The notes below the pieces were generated by a model. The model had not been told where the DNA came from. It did not search any database and saw only the letters and a program-made list of their open reading frames with translations. Positions 1-10,207 of a DNA stretch of 61,733 nt are shown piece by piece. Within the stretch, counting starts at the first letter, position 1. Every line of letters starts with the position of its first letter. The DNA comes from a bacterium (GTDB lineage Bacteria; Bacteroidota; Ignavibacteria; UBA10030): positions 1 to 61,733 of the forward strand of contig JAZDJN010000003.1 of assembly GCA_043803945.1 (NCBI GenBank), read 5' to 3'. The translations under genes and the position numbers were made by a program.

Positions 1-295
1 TGCGCAAAACCATCGGAATGGAAGGACAAAAGAACTAAATCGAAACGACGTTACAGTTACGCTAAACTACTAAATATACGGGCTTGGAAGGTGGGTAAAA
101 ATAATTGTCGTTGGTGGGTAATTTTAATTGACGTTGATCAGTTAGCCCGTACTCTTCATATACAATATACAGCGGATAACCAGTGACCACATTCAATCAA
201 TCAATATCTCGTAGTACAGCTCGGAGATATGGTTCGCCGGGGTATTCTTCCTTCATGGCATGATAGGAAGTGCGGTCATTCACTTTTAGTTTGGA

Positions 296-1075
296 ATGGA
301 ACGAATGGAACAATCAATACAGGAATTCTATAACAACCTTGCATCGTCGTACGACGAGATGACAGGATTTGAACAGCGCTTTATCAAGGAGCGGCCGTTC
401 TTTCGATTGTTCGTTGAACGATACAGGATTCAGAAGGCTCTGGACCTTGGATGCGGCACCGGCTTCCATACGCTCCTGCTGGCACAACTTGGCGTAATAA
501 TGACCGGAGTCGATGTTTCTGAGGAGATGATTGCCATTGCCGAAAAACATAGCAAGAATCTTGGTCTCAAAGCGACATTTATCCATTCAACGTTGCAGCA
601 CGTCAATGGTGTAGTTCGAAAACAATTTGATGCTGTCTTCATCCTCGGTAATACTTTGCCTCACCTTCATCCAGCTCAAGAACTGGTTGAGGTGCTTCAC
701 TCTCTGCGCAATTTGATAAAACCCGGTGGAATGGTGATGATACAAAATTTGAACTATGACCGGATCCTCAAAGAACGTAAAGCAATTCAGGCAATCAAAC
801 AGCAGGGAGAAAAAACATTCAAACGCTCATACAAGTATCGGGGAGATAGCATTCTCTTCAAGGTCTCTATTCATGATAAACTCCACGATGTTCCCCGTGA
901 ATCGGAGAGTACGCTTACACTCTATCCTCTCTTGGAACGCGACCTGCGGAATGTTCTGGACCAGGCGGGCTTTTGTGAAATTGAGTCGTATGGCTCGATT
1001 GCTTTCGAAGCGTATGAACAGTACTCCTCAAAGGATCTCGTCGTCATTGCGAAGAACGGCATCGAGAAATACTAG
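296..1075 (+). CDS. Class I SAM-dependent methyltransferase (glycine/sarcosine N-methyltransferase-like fold)
   Basis: Motif I LDLGCGTG, GVDVSEEM, FDAVFILGNTLPHL, LKPGG-like IKPGG; 259 aa. Confidence 0.85.
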   Translation: MERMEQSIQEFYNNLASSYDEMTGFEQRFIKERPFFRLFVERYRIQKALDLGCGTGFHTLLLAQLGVIMTGVDVSEEMIAIAEKHSKNLGLKATFIHSTLQHVNGVVRKQFDAVFILGNTLPHLHPAQELVEVLHSLRNLIKPGGMVMIQNLNYDRILKERKAIQAIKQQGEKTFKRSYKYRGDSILFKVSIHDKLHDVPRESESTLTLYPLLERDLRNVLDQAGFCEIESYGSIAFEAYEQYSSKDLVVIAKNGIEKY

Positions 1076-1242
1076 TGCGTCTTTCGAAAACTTTTCTTTG
1101 ATAATTAGTTTTTATTCTCTACCATCTCAACCATCCATATCTGCGAATTGCTCATCTTGGGAGAATTCTTGCTGCACAGAACACTGAGTAAATTTATTCC
1201 ACAGTTTCCAGAATTGAAGATTCTATTAAAAGAATTAATTGC

Positions 1243-2301
1243 ATGACTATTTCTTATCGAGTTCTTTGCCTCTTGATCTTAGGGACGTTTCTTTCCTATG
1301 CCCAACAGGACTCCTCTCAAGGGAGCATCTGGGGATCAGTGATAGTCGATTACTTCTACAAATTGAAGGGGGATACCACTCGTTCAGGTTCAACCATTCA
1401 ATATTCTACTCCCGTTCAGCAAGATGACCAGGCTTTCCAAATCCGACGCTTGTTCCTTGGATATAATTATTCGTTTTCCAAAAATATCCATGGCGAAATC
1501 GTTTTCGAAAGCAATGATAAATCGCTCGATGCCTCCGGACGATACACCACGTTTCTCAAACGAGCATTTCTTGAATGGAAGGATATATTCTCCGGCAGCG
1601 ATCTCTCATTTGGCCTCATTCCAACACCGACGTGGCTATGGAGTCTTTCGGATAAGGCCTGGGGGTATCGATCTCTTGAAAAAACTATCTGCGATCAGCG
1701 GGGGCTGGGGTCAGGCAGTGATCTGGGGATTGCGTTGCGCGGAACGTTCGATCAAGATCGCCAGCTTACGTATGTGGCGATGATTGGAAATGGATCGGGG
1801 CCGAAGCCGGAGGATAATCGTTATAAGAAGTTCTATGGTTCCATGAATGCTGCCCCCTCAAAAGAGGTAAGTCTCGAACTGTATGCAGACTATGAAAGTG
1901 GCTCAAATTCACGCAGCATCCTGACCACGAAAGGAATCGCTTCGCTGCAACTCTCTCACCATATTCTCGGATTGGAGTTGGTGCAGCAACGGCGGAAGAA
2001 GCAGGAGGTGAATGGCTCCGATCGGCTCATTACTGGTCTGTCGTGCTTTGCTCGAATACGGATCAAGATAGTGGAGAATCTGACCGGCATTGTACGGTAT
2101 GATCGGTTTAATCCGGATTCTAATGAGCTGAAGGGCTATACGGAGCATTTCTTTTTGATTGGATTGGATTACCAGCCGATACAATCTATCCATATTATGC
2201 CAAATGTATGGAGTAACGCCTTTACAATGAAAGAACCGGGGACAATAGAAAAACAACCCGATGTGGTTGCGCGATTGACGTTGTATTTTTCATCCAAGTG
2301 A
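1243..2301 (+). CDS. Outer-membrane beta-barrel porin (possibly OprO/OprP phosphate-porin-like)
   Basis: Signal peptide ending SYAQ, amphipathic strands, FQIRR motif, C-terminal ARLTLYF; paralog of 2502..3539. Confidence 0.65.
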   Translation: MTISYRVLCLLILGTFLSYAQQDSSQGSIWGSVIVDYFYKLKGDTTRSGSTIQYSTPVQQDDQAFQIRRLFLGYNYSFSKNIHGEIVFESNDKSLDASGRYTTFLKRAFLEWKDIFSGSDLSFGLIPTPTWLWSLSDKAWGYRSLEKTICDQRGLGSGSDLGIALRGTFDQDRQLTYVAMIGNGSGPKPEDNRYKKFYGSMNAAPSKEVSLELYADYESGSNSRSILTTKGIASLQLSHHILGLELVQQRRKKQEVNGSDRLITGLSCFARIRIKIVENLTGIVRYDRFNPDSNELKGYTEHFFLIGLDYQPIQSIHIMPNVWSNAFTMKEPGTIEKQPDVVARLTLYFSSK

Positions 2302-2501
2302 AATCCTGAATCAAGAAGCAACACTAATCCTGATGATAACCTCTCATCACTTCACATTCCATCAAACCAGGTTGAAACAGTCTCGATGTGGCAGCATTAC
2401 GAAGGCCTTACCTGTGTGCTTTGAGGAAGCGAGTGATGCTGATAGGGTGCTGCATCCTGCCGAACTTCGAGAAGTACGTCGCCGAATAATTCCAGATTCT
2501 T

Positions 2502-3539
2502 TTATTTGAAGACGAAGAAAAAAGTTAACCGTGCGACGACATCGGCATCCTTTGAAAGGTTACGGGGGCTCCGATCAGAAAACGTATTGATCCAAAGGTT
2601 GGGCATCACATGGATATTATTAACCGGTGAGTAGTCGATGCCAATGGTAAAAAAGGTATCCTCGTAATCAGCATTTGTCGTTTTGATATCCGGAATGTAG
2701 TGATCGATCCGTCCGAAGGCATTGATCTTCTCATTCAGCCGCAACCAGCTAAACACACTCCAGCCGAATGGCACTTTATCTGCACCGGAAACTCCTGCGC
2801 TTTTTTGAATCTGCTGCAGGGCTTCAACTCCAATCGTAGCGTTGTTCATCTCATATGCAGCGAGAATTTTCCAGGTTGTCTTATCCGAAGCATTGGCGGC
2901 GGGTTCGTAATCAAAATATCCCTCTACGGTCAATCTAGCAATTGGTTTAACATCGAAGAGTCCATAGAATTTCTTATACTTGTTATTTTCTGGTTTCTGT
3001 GCCGTGCCGTTGCCGATCATGAAGGAGTAGGCAACCGTCCCCTGACTGTTCAATTTCCCCCTCAGTGCAACGCCGATATCCGTGGCGGGACCAAGACCTC
3101 GATAATCGATAAGGACTTTCTCGACAGGCCGATAGATCCAAAATTTTTCGGTCGGATGGATCGTTTGTGTTGGAATAAGGCCGATAAAAAGGTTTGATTG
3201 CTGGAAGATCTCGCGCCACTCAAGATAGGCGGTCTTCACATAAAATCCATATCGCCCTCCGTTCTCCAATGATTTATCGTTCGACTCCAATAGCAACTGT
3301 CCGGAGAATGTCGTTGAGAACGTATGATCGTAACCCAAATACATCCGACGGATGTGAAAGGCATTCATATCTTTTTCTGTTTTTGAATATTGGGAAGGTG
3401 CAGCTTCGGCGGCATTACCGGTCAATTTATAATAATAATCACCAAAGATATATCCCCACACAGTTCCTGCCGGTTTTTCTTGTGCCGAAACGAAGGAAGT
3501 GATGACCAAAAACGAGGCAATTGTCAATCGAAATTTCAT
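2502..3539 (-). CDS. Outer-membrane beta-barrel porin, paralog of 1243..2301
   Basis: Signal peptide ending VSAQ; shared blocks ESNDKSL..GRY, GLIPT, MIGNG...KPE.N.YKKFYG, IH.MPN.W.N, DVVARLT. Confidence 0.65.
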   Translation of the reverse strand: MKFRLTIASFLVITSFVSAQEKPAGTVWGYIFGDYYYKLTGNAAEAAPSQYSKTEKDMNAFHIRRMYLGYDHTFSTTFSGQLLLESNDKSLENGGRYGFYVKTAYLEWREIFQQSNLFIGLIPTQTIHPTEKFWIYRPVEKVLIDYRGLGPATDIGVALRGKLNSQGTVAYSFMIGNGTAQKPENNKYKKFYGLFDVKPIARLTVEGYFDYEPAANASDKTTWKILAAYEMNNATIGVEALQQIQKSAGVSGADKVPFGWSVFSWLRLNEKINAFGRIDHYIPDIKTTNADYEDTFFTIGIDYSPVNNIHVMPNLWINTFSDRSPRNLSKDADVVARLTFFFVFK

Positions 3540-3894
3540 TGCTATATTCCAAGATCAAGTGAAAATAGAGTGGCATAATATAGAGATATTTTTTCATAAT
3601 GATATTGATCCAGGGACAATAAACATCAAGGAGCACTCTATTTTCCAGCTTACCTAAGGAGAGAATAATTCCCTCATATCAAATAAGATAAGGTAAGTCC
3701 GACATTGGATAAGCTTTTTAGGAATTCTCATTGATGAATATAGAAAACATTTTTCATTTTTTATCGTTATTCTTTGACAAAGAAAGAGGATAGGTTGTGA
3801 ATTCGATCGGCACTATCGACTTACGACTTATACTATCAGTACAAGCAGAAAAGCGAAATTCTATTATCAATTGTCTACATAGAGAATATCTCCA

Positions 3895-5301
3895 TTGGTC
3901 GATATAAGAGGAGAAAATATTTTGAATAGACTTGCAGCAGTGATCACGATATGTGCGGGCATTTATTGCATGGTTATGCTTGCAGGATGTGCAGCTTCTT
4001 CTCCTTACACCCAGACTTCGATTTCCAACGCTATCAGTGAACGAACGGGAATGGATCTGAGATCTGCGGGTGTTGCAGACACCTCAAAACTCCCATCCAC
4101 TGTGAATCTCGCTGATGGGCTTTCTGAAGAAGAGGCAGTGGCAATCGCTCTATGGAACAATTCTCAATTTCAAGTTGATTTAGCTGAACTGGGTTTTGTA
4201 CGGGCTGATTTACTGGAAGCAGGATTACTCCGAAATCCAACCTTCTCACTCCTCTTTCCGATTGGGCCAAAGCAGCTCGAGTATGCTCTGAGTCTACCGC
4301 TCGAATTTCTTTGGCAGCGGCCATTTCGTATCTCTGTTGCTCAGGTGAACGCCGAGAAGGTGGCAGAGAACCTTGTTCATCATGGGCTTCAACTGGTACG
4401 AGAGGTGAGAATCGCCTATAGCGATCTCGCGGCAGCAAATGAAAAATACAAGTGTGTTACTGGAGAAGCTCAGGTGGCAAGAGAAACCGCACTGATCGCC
4501 TCCGCCAGACTTCGCGTGGGCGATATCAGCGGTTTGGAAGAAAACGCATTTCGGCTTGCGGCAGCTCAAACAGAGGATCGATTGCTCCAATATCTTCGTG
4601 AACAGCAACGGGGGGAGCTTCATCTTTCGCTGTTACTTGGTTTTTGCGTAGATACCATGAATGTCAAGCTGCAGTCTGTTGGCATGCCAACCAATTCGAT
4701 ACCGGGCAAAGATTCTCTTCTTGTGTTGGCATTTGCAGCACGTCCCGATCTCAGGGCTGCCGAGCTTGAGATCGAAGCCGCTGGAAAAAAAGCGGGCTGG
4801 GAAATCTCAAAGATTTTCAACCTCACTGCTGTGTTGGACGCAAAAAAGGAAGGTGAAGAAGGAATCATCATCGGGCCAGGCCTGGATGTAGAAATTCCGC
4901 TCTTTAACTGGAACGGTGCCGAGAGAACGCGGGCCCAAGCGGAATTGGAACTGGCTGCTAAACTGTATCTTGTGTCTAAGCAAAAAATAATCGCAGAAGT
5001 GCTTCAATGCTATTATGACCACCTGGCAGCACAACGGACGTGGAAGCTGCTGGAAGAGGAGATTATCCCCCTGGTGCTCTCGACAGAGAAAAAAGCAGAA
5101 CAAGCCTATAAAGTAGGTGAAGCATCATATTTTGAGTATCTGGAATTCAAAAGGCAATTGATCGAAGCACGGGTACGCGAAGCAGAGGCAAAGGCTGAAG
5201 TGAAGCGATCGGTGGCAAATCTTCAATTCGCTGTCGGCTGCCGGTTCGATACACCGGTCAGCCGCAGCGATTCGCAGCCAAAAAAATCTATCGACCACTA
5301 G
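3895..5301 (+). CDS. TolC-family outer-membrane efflux lipoprotein (CzcC/CusC-like); start uncertain
   Basis: Lipobox LAGC, two OEP repeats (ALWNN..., RPDLRAAE, IPLFNWN, YKVGEAS); first gene of an RND triad. Confidence 0.88.
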   Translation: MVDIRGENILNRLAAVITICAGIYCMVMLAGCAASSPYTQTSISNAISERTGMDLRSAGVADTSKLPSTVNLADGLSEEEAVAIALWNNSQFQVDLAELGFVRADLLEAGLLRNPTFSLLFPIGPKQLEYALSLPLEFLWQRPFRISVAQVNAEKVAENLVHHGLQLVREVRIAYSDLAAANEKYKCVTGEAQVARETALIASARLRVGDISGLEENAFRLAAAQTEDRLLQYLREQQRGELHLSLLLGFCVDTMNVKLQSVGMPTNSIPGKDSLLVLAFAARPDLRAAELEIEAAGKKAGWEISKIFNLTAVLDAKKEGEEGIIIGPGLDVEIPLFNWNGAERTRAQAELELAAKLYLVSKQKIIAEVLQCYYDHLAAQRTWKLLEEEIIPLVLSTEKKAEQAYKVGEASYFEYLEFKRQLIEARVREAEAKAEVKRSVANLQFAVGCRFDTPVSRSDSQPKKSIDH

Positions 5302-5355
5302 CTCTAGCAAGGACTATTCACGATCCCGAGATCGTTTAGACTATAGGAGGGAATA

Positions 5356-6564
5356 ATGCATAAAGGTCTCCCCAAGTATTTTTTCGGCGAAGTGCTGTAT
5401 TGTGTACTTATCTCCATCTTCATGATGTCTTGCGGTAAGGATGCCGCTTCAAAGAAAGAATCTCCTGCTGAAATTAAAAATCCCGTCGCAGAAAGTGAAC
5501 TTACGACTATCACGCTGACGGAAAAAGCCGAACAGCGGCTGGGAATTGAAACGGTTGCAGCAGCTTCCACGTCTCTTCCTCATGTCTTAACGCTTGGAGG
5601 TGAGGTAATTGCCCTTCCAGGATGTGATGCAACCATCGTCGCTCCCCTAACCGGAACTGTGCGCAATGCACGAACAAGCCGGATCGTGTCTACAGGTACC
5701 CGGGTCAGTAAAGGTCAGGAGGTGTTACGGCTGCTCGTTCTGCCGCCTGAGAAAGATTTGATCAGTGCGCAGGAGGAGTTCGCAGTAAAGGAAATTGAAT
5801 TAAAGAACGCTTCAGAAAAATTGAAACGAGCGGAACAGCTTATCCAAGATCGGGCAATCAGTGAGAAAGTGCTGCAGGAAACACAGGCTCAATTCGCTGC
5901 TGCGCGCGGCGCGATGACTGCGGCAAAAGCCCGTATGCAGCTTTTCAGCAGCAGTACCTCTGACTCCGTGGAGGGAAATCTCTCGACGCTGGTACTCGTA
6001 TCGCCTTTCGACGGTGTGATTCAACGGATCTTTGTAACCTCAGGCCAGACTATTCCGGCATCGACCCCTATGTTTGAAGTAGCTAAACTCAATCCTGTCT
6101 GGATTAAAGTACCGGTATATGTTGGTGATGTAGCGCGAATCGATCGTAAAAAAGCTGCAACAATCACTCCAATGGGAGCGTCTTCTTTGCGGCAGGTAGT
6201 TCTTGCTCAACCGGTCGAAGGTCCACCATTAAGCGATGCGAGCAGTGCAACATCAGATCTCTTTTATAAAGTGGATAATACTGCGGGTCATTTTCGTATT
6301 GGTGAAAAACTCATGATCACACTTCCGCTGAACACTTCCAGTGCAACTCTTGTTGTCCCTATCGCAGCGATCCTCTATGATATTCATGGCAACAGCTGGG
6401 TCTATGTGAAGGCAAGCACACGAACCTATACCCGGCGGCGTGTTGAGGTGAGCTATTGTGTTCAGAGTTTTGCTGTCGTGAGCAAGGGTATCACTGCCGG
6501 CGATCAGGTAGTCACTTCAGGTGCTGCAGAGATCTTCGGAACAGAGTTCGGGGGTGGCAAATGA
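5356..6564 (+). CDS. RND efflux membrane fusion protein (periplasmic adaptor)
   Basis: SD GGAGG upstream; lipobox MMSC; APLTG...V.KGQ lipoyl half, coiled coil, SPFDG, G(D)QVVTSGA. Confidence 0.9.
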   Translation: MHKGLPKYFFGEVLYCVLISIFMMSCGKDAASKKESPAEIKNPVAESELTTITLTEKAEQRLGIETVAAASTSLPHVLTLGGEVIALPGCDATIVAPLTGTVRNARTSRIVSTGTRVSKGQEVLRLLVLPPEKDLISAQEEFAVKEIELKNASEKLKRAEQLIQDRAISEKVLQETQAQFAAARGAMTAAKARMQLFSSSTSDSVEGNLSTLVLVSPFDGVIQRIFVTSGQTIPASTPMFEVAKLNPVWIKVPVYVGDVARIDRKKAATITPMGASSLRQVVLAQPVEGPPLSDASSATSDLFYKVDNTAGHFRIGEKLMITLPLNTSSATLVVPIAAILYDIHGNSWVYVKASTRTYTRRRVEVSYCVQSFAVVSKGITAGDQVVTSGAAEIFGTEFGGGK

Positions 6565-9500
6565 TGAGATGGCTTGTTTCCACCTCATTGCGTCTTCGAG
6601 TGACGATTGTCGTGCTGACAGCAATCATCATGATTGTAGGGCTTCAGATAATAAGCAAAACGTATTTCGATGTCTTCCCTGAGTTTGCTCCGCCCTTAGT
6701 TGAGATCCAGACTGAGGCACCGGGACTCTCCACTGCTGAAGTAGAGGTACTGGTGACTGTGCCCATAGAAAATGGATTGAATGGAGTCTCATGGTTGAAA
6801 AAAGTGCGGTCCAAATCTGTACTCGGTCTGTCTTCCGTGGTGGTGTATTTTGAAGATGGAACAGACATTATGAAAGCCCGCCAACTCGTTCAAGAACGTC
6901 TCACGGTGATTGCAGAGAGGCTTCCATCGGTGGCACATCCTCCGGTTATTCTCTCGCCACTCTCTTCTACCAGTCGGATACTTAAAATTGGTATCTCTTC
7001 AACAAAGCTTTCACAGATGGAGATGACCACAGTTGCCAAGTGGACAATCCGGCCTCGGTTGATGTCGATTCCCGGTGTTGCGAATGTGGCGATTTGGGGG
7101 CAGCGAGACCGGCAGTTCCAGGTGCTGATTGATCCACAACGGCTCAATGCGCACGGTGTGACCGCAGAGGAGGTTGTCAATGCCACAAGAGATGCCGTCG
7201 CAATTGGCGGCGGTGGGTACATCGATACTCCCAATCAACGCCTGGCAGTCTCTCACGTCATGAAAATGAATTCACCGCAGGATCTTGCCAAGGTGCCAGT
7301 AGCAGTAAAAAATGGAATACCACTCACTCTGGGTGACGTCACCACGCTCGTGGAGGGTTCTCCACCGCCGATCGGTGATGCAATAATCAATGATGGCCCA
7401 GGCCTTCTTTTAATCGTCGAGAAGCAACCCTGGGGTAACACGCTGGAGATAACAAGAAAGATTGAAGAAGCACTCGATGCTTTGCGTCCCGGCTTAAAGG
7501 ACCTTGATATCGACTCGAGTATCTTTCGTCCTGCAACCTTTATTGAAATGTCGTTGCACAATCTCAATAAAGCGTTATTGATCGGATGCCTGCTGGTGAT
7601 CGTAGTACTGGCGTTTTTCCTCAATGACTGGCGAACGGCGTTGATCAGTGTGTTGGCAATTCCAACATCCCTGATAATGGCTGCCATTGCTCTCAACTAC
7701 CAGGGCGGTACGATCGATACGATGGTGCTTGCGGGTTTAGTCATCGCTCTGGGGGAACTGGTCGATGATGCGATTATCGATGTTGAGAACATCATGCGCC
7801 GGTTACGGCTAAATCGTGCGGCTGGTAATCCGGTACCGGCCTTCACTGTTGTATTGAATGCATCGATGGAAGTACGAAGCGCAGTCGTCTATGGGAGTGT
7901 CATTGTTGCCATGGTCTTAATGCCCGTCTTTTTCCTTGAAGGATTATCCGGAGCCTTCTTTCGGCCTCTGGCATTATCGTATGTTCTTGCAATTCTATCC
8001 TCACTCCTCATTGCACTGACTTTGACTCCGGCACTTTCCTTGATGTTACTTCCAAACGCGGCAGAAAAAAAACTTTCTCCCTTCCTTCTCTGGCTCAATG
8101 CCCGGTATGAACGAACGCTGCAGCAGATCCTCCAGCGGCCGCGAAGAGTGTTTGGCATCGCTGGAATTGTTCTTGGCGTTGGCCTTCTCATCCTTCCGTT
8201 CCTGGGTGAGGAATTCCTTCCGCATTTCAAGGAGTATGATTTTTTAATGCATTGGGTTGAGAAACCGGGCACCTCCATTGAAGCAATGGATAGAATTACG
8301 GTAAGGGTCAGTAAGGAGCTTCGAGCCGTACCCGGGGTCCGGAACTTCGGTTCACACATTGGCCGCGCTGAAGTTGCCGATGAAGTTGTAGGGCCTAACT
8401 TCACAGAGCTCTGGATCAGCCTTGATCCGAATGTTGAATACGACAACACTGTGGCAACAATCCAGGAGATAGTCGATGGCTATCCCGGACTCTATCGAGA
8501 TCTTCTCACCTACCTGCGCGAACGCATCAAAGAAGTGCTGACCGGATCTAGCGCAACGTTGGTGATCAGAGTGTACGGTGAGAATCTCGATATCCTACGG
8601 GCGAAAGCCAAGGAAGCACACGATGCCATCACCACAGTTGAGGGGGTAGTGGATTTAAAAGTACAGCCACAGGTTCTTGTCCCACAGATCGAAGTCCATG
8701 TAAAGCCGGAGAAAGCCACACAGTTCGGTCTGACCGCCGGCAAAATCCGAAAGGCAGTTAACCTTCTGATGAAGGGGGAGAAAGTTGGTGAGTTCTATCA
8801 AGACCAGAATATATTCGATGTGGCAGTATGGGGAGTTCCTGAAATTCGCTCCGATTTGAATAGTGTACGATCTCTTATGATCAATACCCATAATGGCGGA
8901 TTGGTACCCTTACAGGAGGTTGCTGATGTTGTTATTGCACCGACGCCAAATCAGATAGTACGCGAGTCTGCATCTCGTTATACAGAGGTAACCTGTAATG
9001 TGCGTGGCCGGGATCTGGGCAGTGTTGCACGGGAAATTGAGCAGCGTGTCCATCAAATTACGTACGATCGTGGTTATCATGCAGAAGTGCTGGGAGAATA
9101 TGCCGCAAAACAATCTTCACAAAATCGGATACTGGCACTCTCGCTCCTTGCTCTCGTCGGAATTTTCTTGATCCTGTATTCAGATTTTGGATCTCTCCGG
9201 GTAGTAGCGATTGTCATTGCCGGGTTACCGTTCGCTCTGATCGGAGGTGTCTTCTTCGCATTCGCCACAAGCGGAGTCCTCACCCTTGGTTCGCTCATTG
9301 GTTTTGTCACAGTCCTGGGTATTGCAACACGAAATAGTATCATGCTGATAAGTCACTACCGGCACCTTCAGATTATGGAGGGGCAACCATTTGGATTGGA
9401 GCTCATCATCCGGGGAGCAAAAGAACGGCTCGCCCCGATTTTAATGACAGCGTTAGCTGCCGCACTCGCGTTATTGCCAATCATCATTGGTGGAAATAAA

Positions 9501-9641
9501 CCAGGCCAGGAAATTGAAAACCCCATGGCACTGGTGATATTAGGAGGTCTTATTACATCTGCACTTGTCAATCTATTTGCCCTGCCGGTCGTCTACTGGA
9601 AGTATGGAGAGAAGAGTCTCAATCGAACCGGAGATCACTGA
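6561..9641 (+). CDS. Heavy-metal efflux (HME) RND permease, CzcA/CusA family
   Basis: ATG at 6561 overlaps the MFP stop (ATGA); [41 protein letters not shown] motifs. Confidence 0.92.
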   Translation: MMRWLVSTSLRLRVTIVVLTAIIMIVGLQIISKTYFDVFPEFAPPLVEIQTEAPGLSTAEVEVLVTVPIENGLNGVSWLKKVRSKSVLGLSSVVVYFEDGTDIMKARQLVQERLTVIAERLPSVAHPPVILSPLSSTSRILKIGISSTKLSQMEMTTVAKWTIRPRLMSIPGVANVAIWGQRDRQFQVLIDPQRLNAHGVTAEEVVNATRDAVAIGGGGYIDTPNQRLAVSHVMKMNSPQDLAKVPVAVKNGIPLTLGDVTTLVEGSPPPIGDAIINDGPGLLLIVEKQPWGNTLEITRKIEEALDALRPGLKDLDIDSSIFRPATFIEMSLHNLNKALLIGCLLVIVVLAFFLNDWRTALISVLAIPTSLIMAAIALNYQGGTIDTMVLAGLVIALGELVDDAIIDVENIMRRLRLNRAAGNPVPAFTVVLNASMEVRSAVVYGSVIVAMVLMPVFFLEGLSGAFFRPLALSYVLAILSSLLIALTLTPALSLMLLPNAAEKKLSPFLLWLNARYERTLQQILQRPRRVFGIAGIVLGVGLLILPFLGEEFLPHFKEYDFLMHWVEKPGTSIEAMDRITVRVSKELRAVPGVRNFGSHIGRAEVADEVVGPNFTELWISLDPNVEYDNTVATIQEIVDGYPGLYRDLLTYLRERIKEVLTGSSATLVIRVYGENLDILRAKAKEAHDAITTVEGVVDLKVQPQVLVPQIEVHVKPEKATQFGLTAGKIRKAVNLLMKGEKVGEFYQDQNIFDVAVWGVPEIRSDLNSVRSLMINTHNGGLVPLQEVADVVIAPTPNQIVRESASRYTEVTCNVRGRDLGSVAREIEQRVHQITYDRGYHAEVLGEYAAKQSSQNRILALSLLALVGIFLILYSDFGSLRVVAIVIAGLPFALIGGVFFAFATSGVLTLGSLIGFVTVLGIATRNSIMLISHYRHLQIMEGQPFGLELIIRGAKERLAPILMTALAAALALLPIIIGGNKPGQEIENPMALVILGGLITSALVNLFALPVVYWKYGEKSLNRTGDH

Positions 9642-10207
9642 CTATTATTTGAGGAAATTCCTTTTCCTCTTTGTCTCAGCTTTCTTCAGGTAGGGGACCA
9701 TCGACCTCTCTCTGAGAGATTCTTGTCGAACAGCAAGAAGTATTGAGTACTTTCGCATTACAGACTCAGGAAAGTCAATTCGTTCACTCTCCCTATACCA
9801 TTAATGCAATGAAGGATTTGCACGTTGACTACACCAATGGACAGCTCCTTGTATTACTGCAGATGAAGAGCCACCAAGATACTGTGCTCATCGCTCTCAG
9901 TTCTTTCTCATTTCCACGAATTCTCCCACTCCTCATTAAGCGCTTCTGAGAATTGCCACAAAGAAAACCGTGAATTTCTTTCAATTTCAAATATTCAGAA
10001 GGGCAAGCAGTTTGTATCCATTTCATATGGGGTGGCTAGTTTTACTATTTAAATCCTTAATAGGCTTGTGGTATTTCCGGGATTATTATCACGAACCGTA
10101 GAGATATTTGAAAATCTCTCATCACGATATTGATTTAAAGTCTAAGGTACTGTAGAATAAAGAAGTGTAAACGGTCTCCCTGATCGTGACGGGCGGCTAT
10201 CATAACA

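Noticed and set aside
205-260. Purine riboswitch suggested by CGGA-GATATGG-TTCG
   Set aside because: Lacks the TTTCTACC junction and CCGTAAA loop; only the L2-like heptamer matches.
6456-6560. N-terminal extension of the RND permease in the ORF track
   Set aside because: Overlaps the MFP gene; ATG 6561 (ATGA coupling) gives a normal CzcA-like N-terminus. The same reasoning applies to track starts 40043, 43586 and 60332.
9743-10026. Short ORFs upstream of the TonB receptor
   Set aside because: No RBS, motifs or signal features; likely intergenic.
10100-10146. Fur/DtxR-like box upstream of the TonB receptor (TTGAAAATCTCTCATCA; TTTAAAGTCTAA)
   Set aside because: Too few matches to either consensus and poor palindromy in AT-rich DNA; needs a PWM test.
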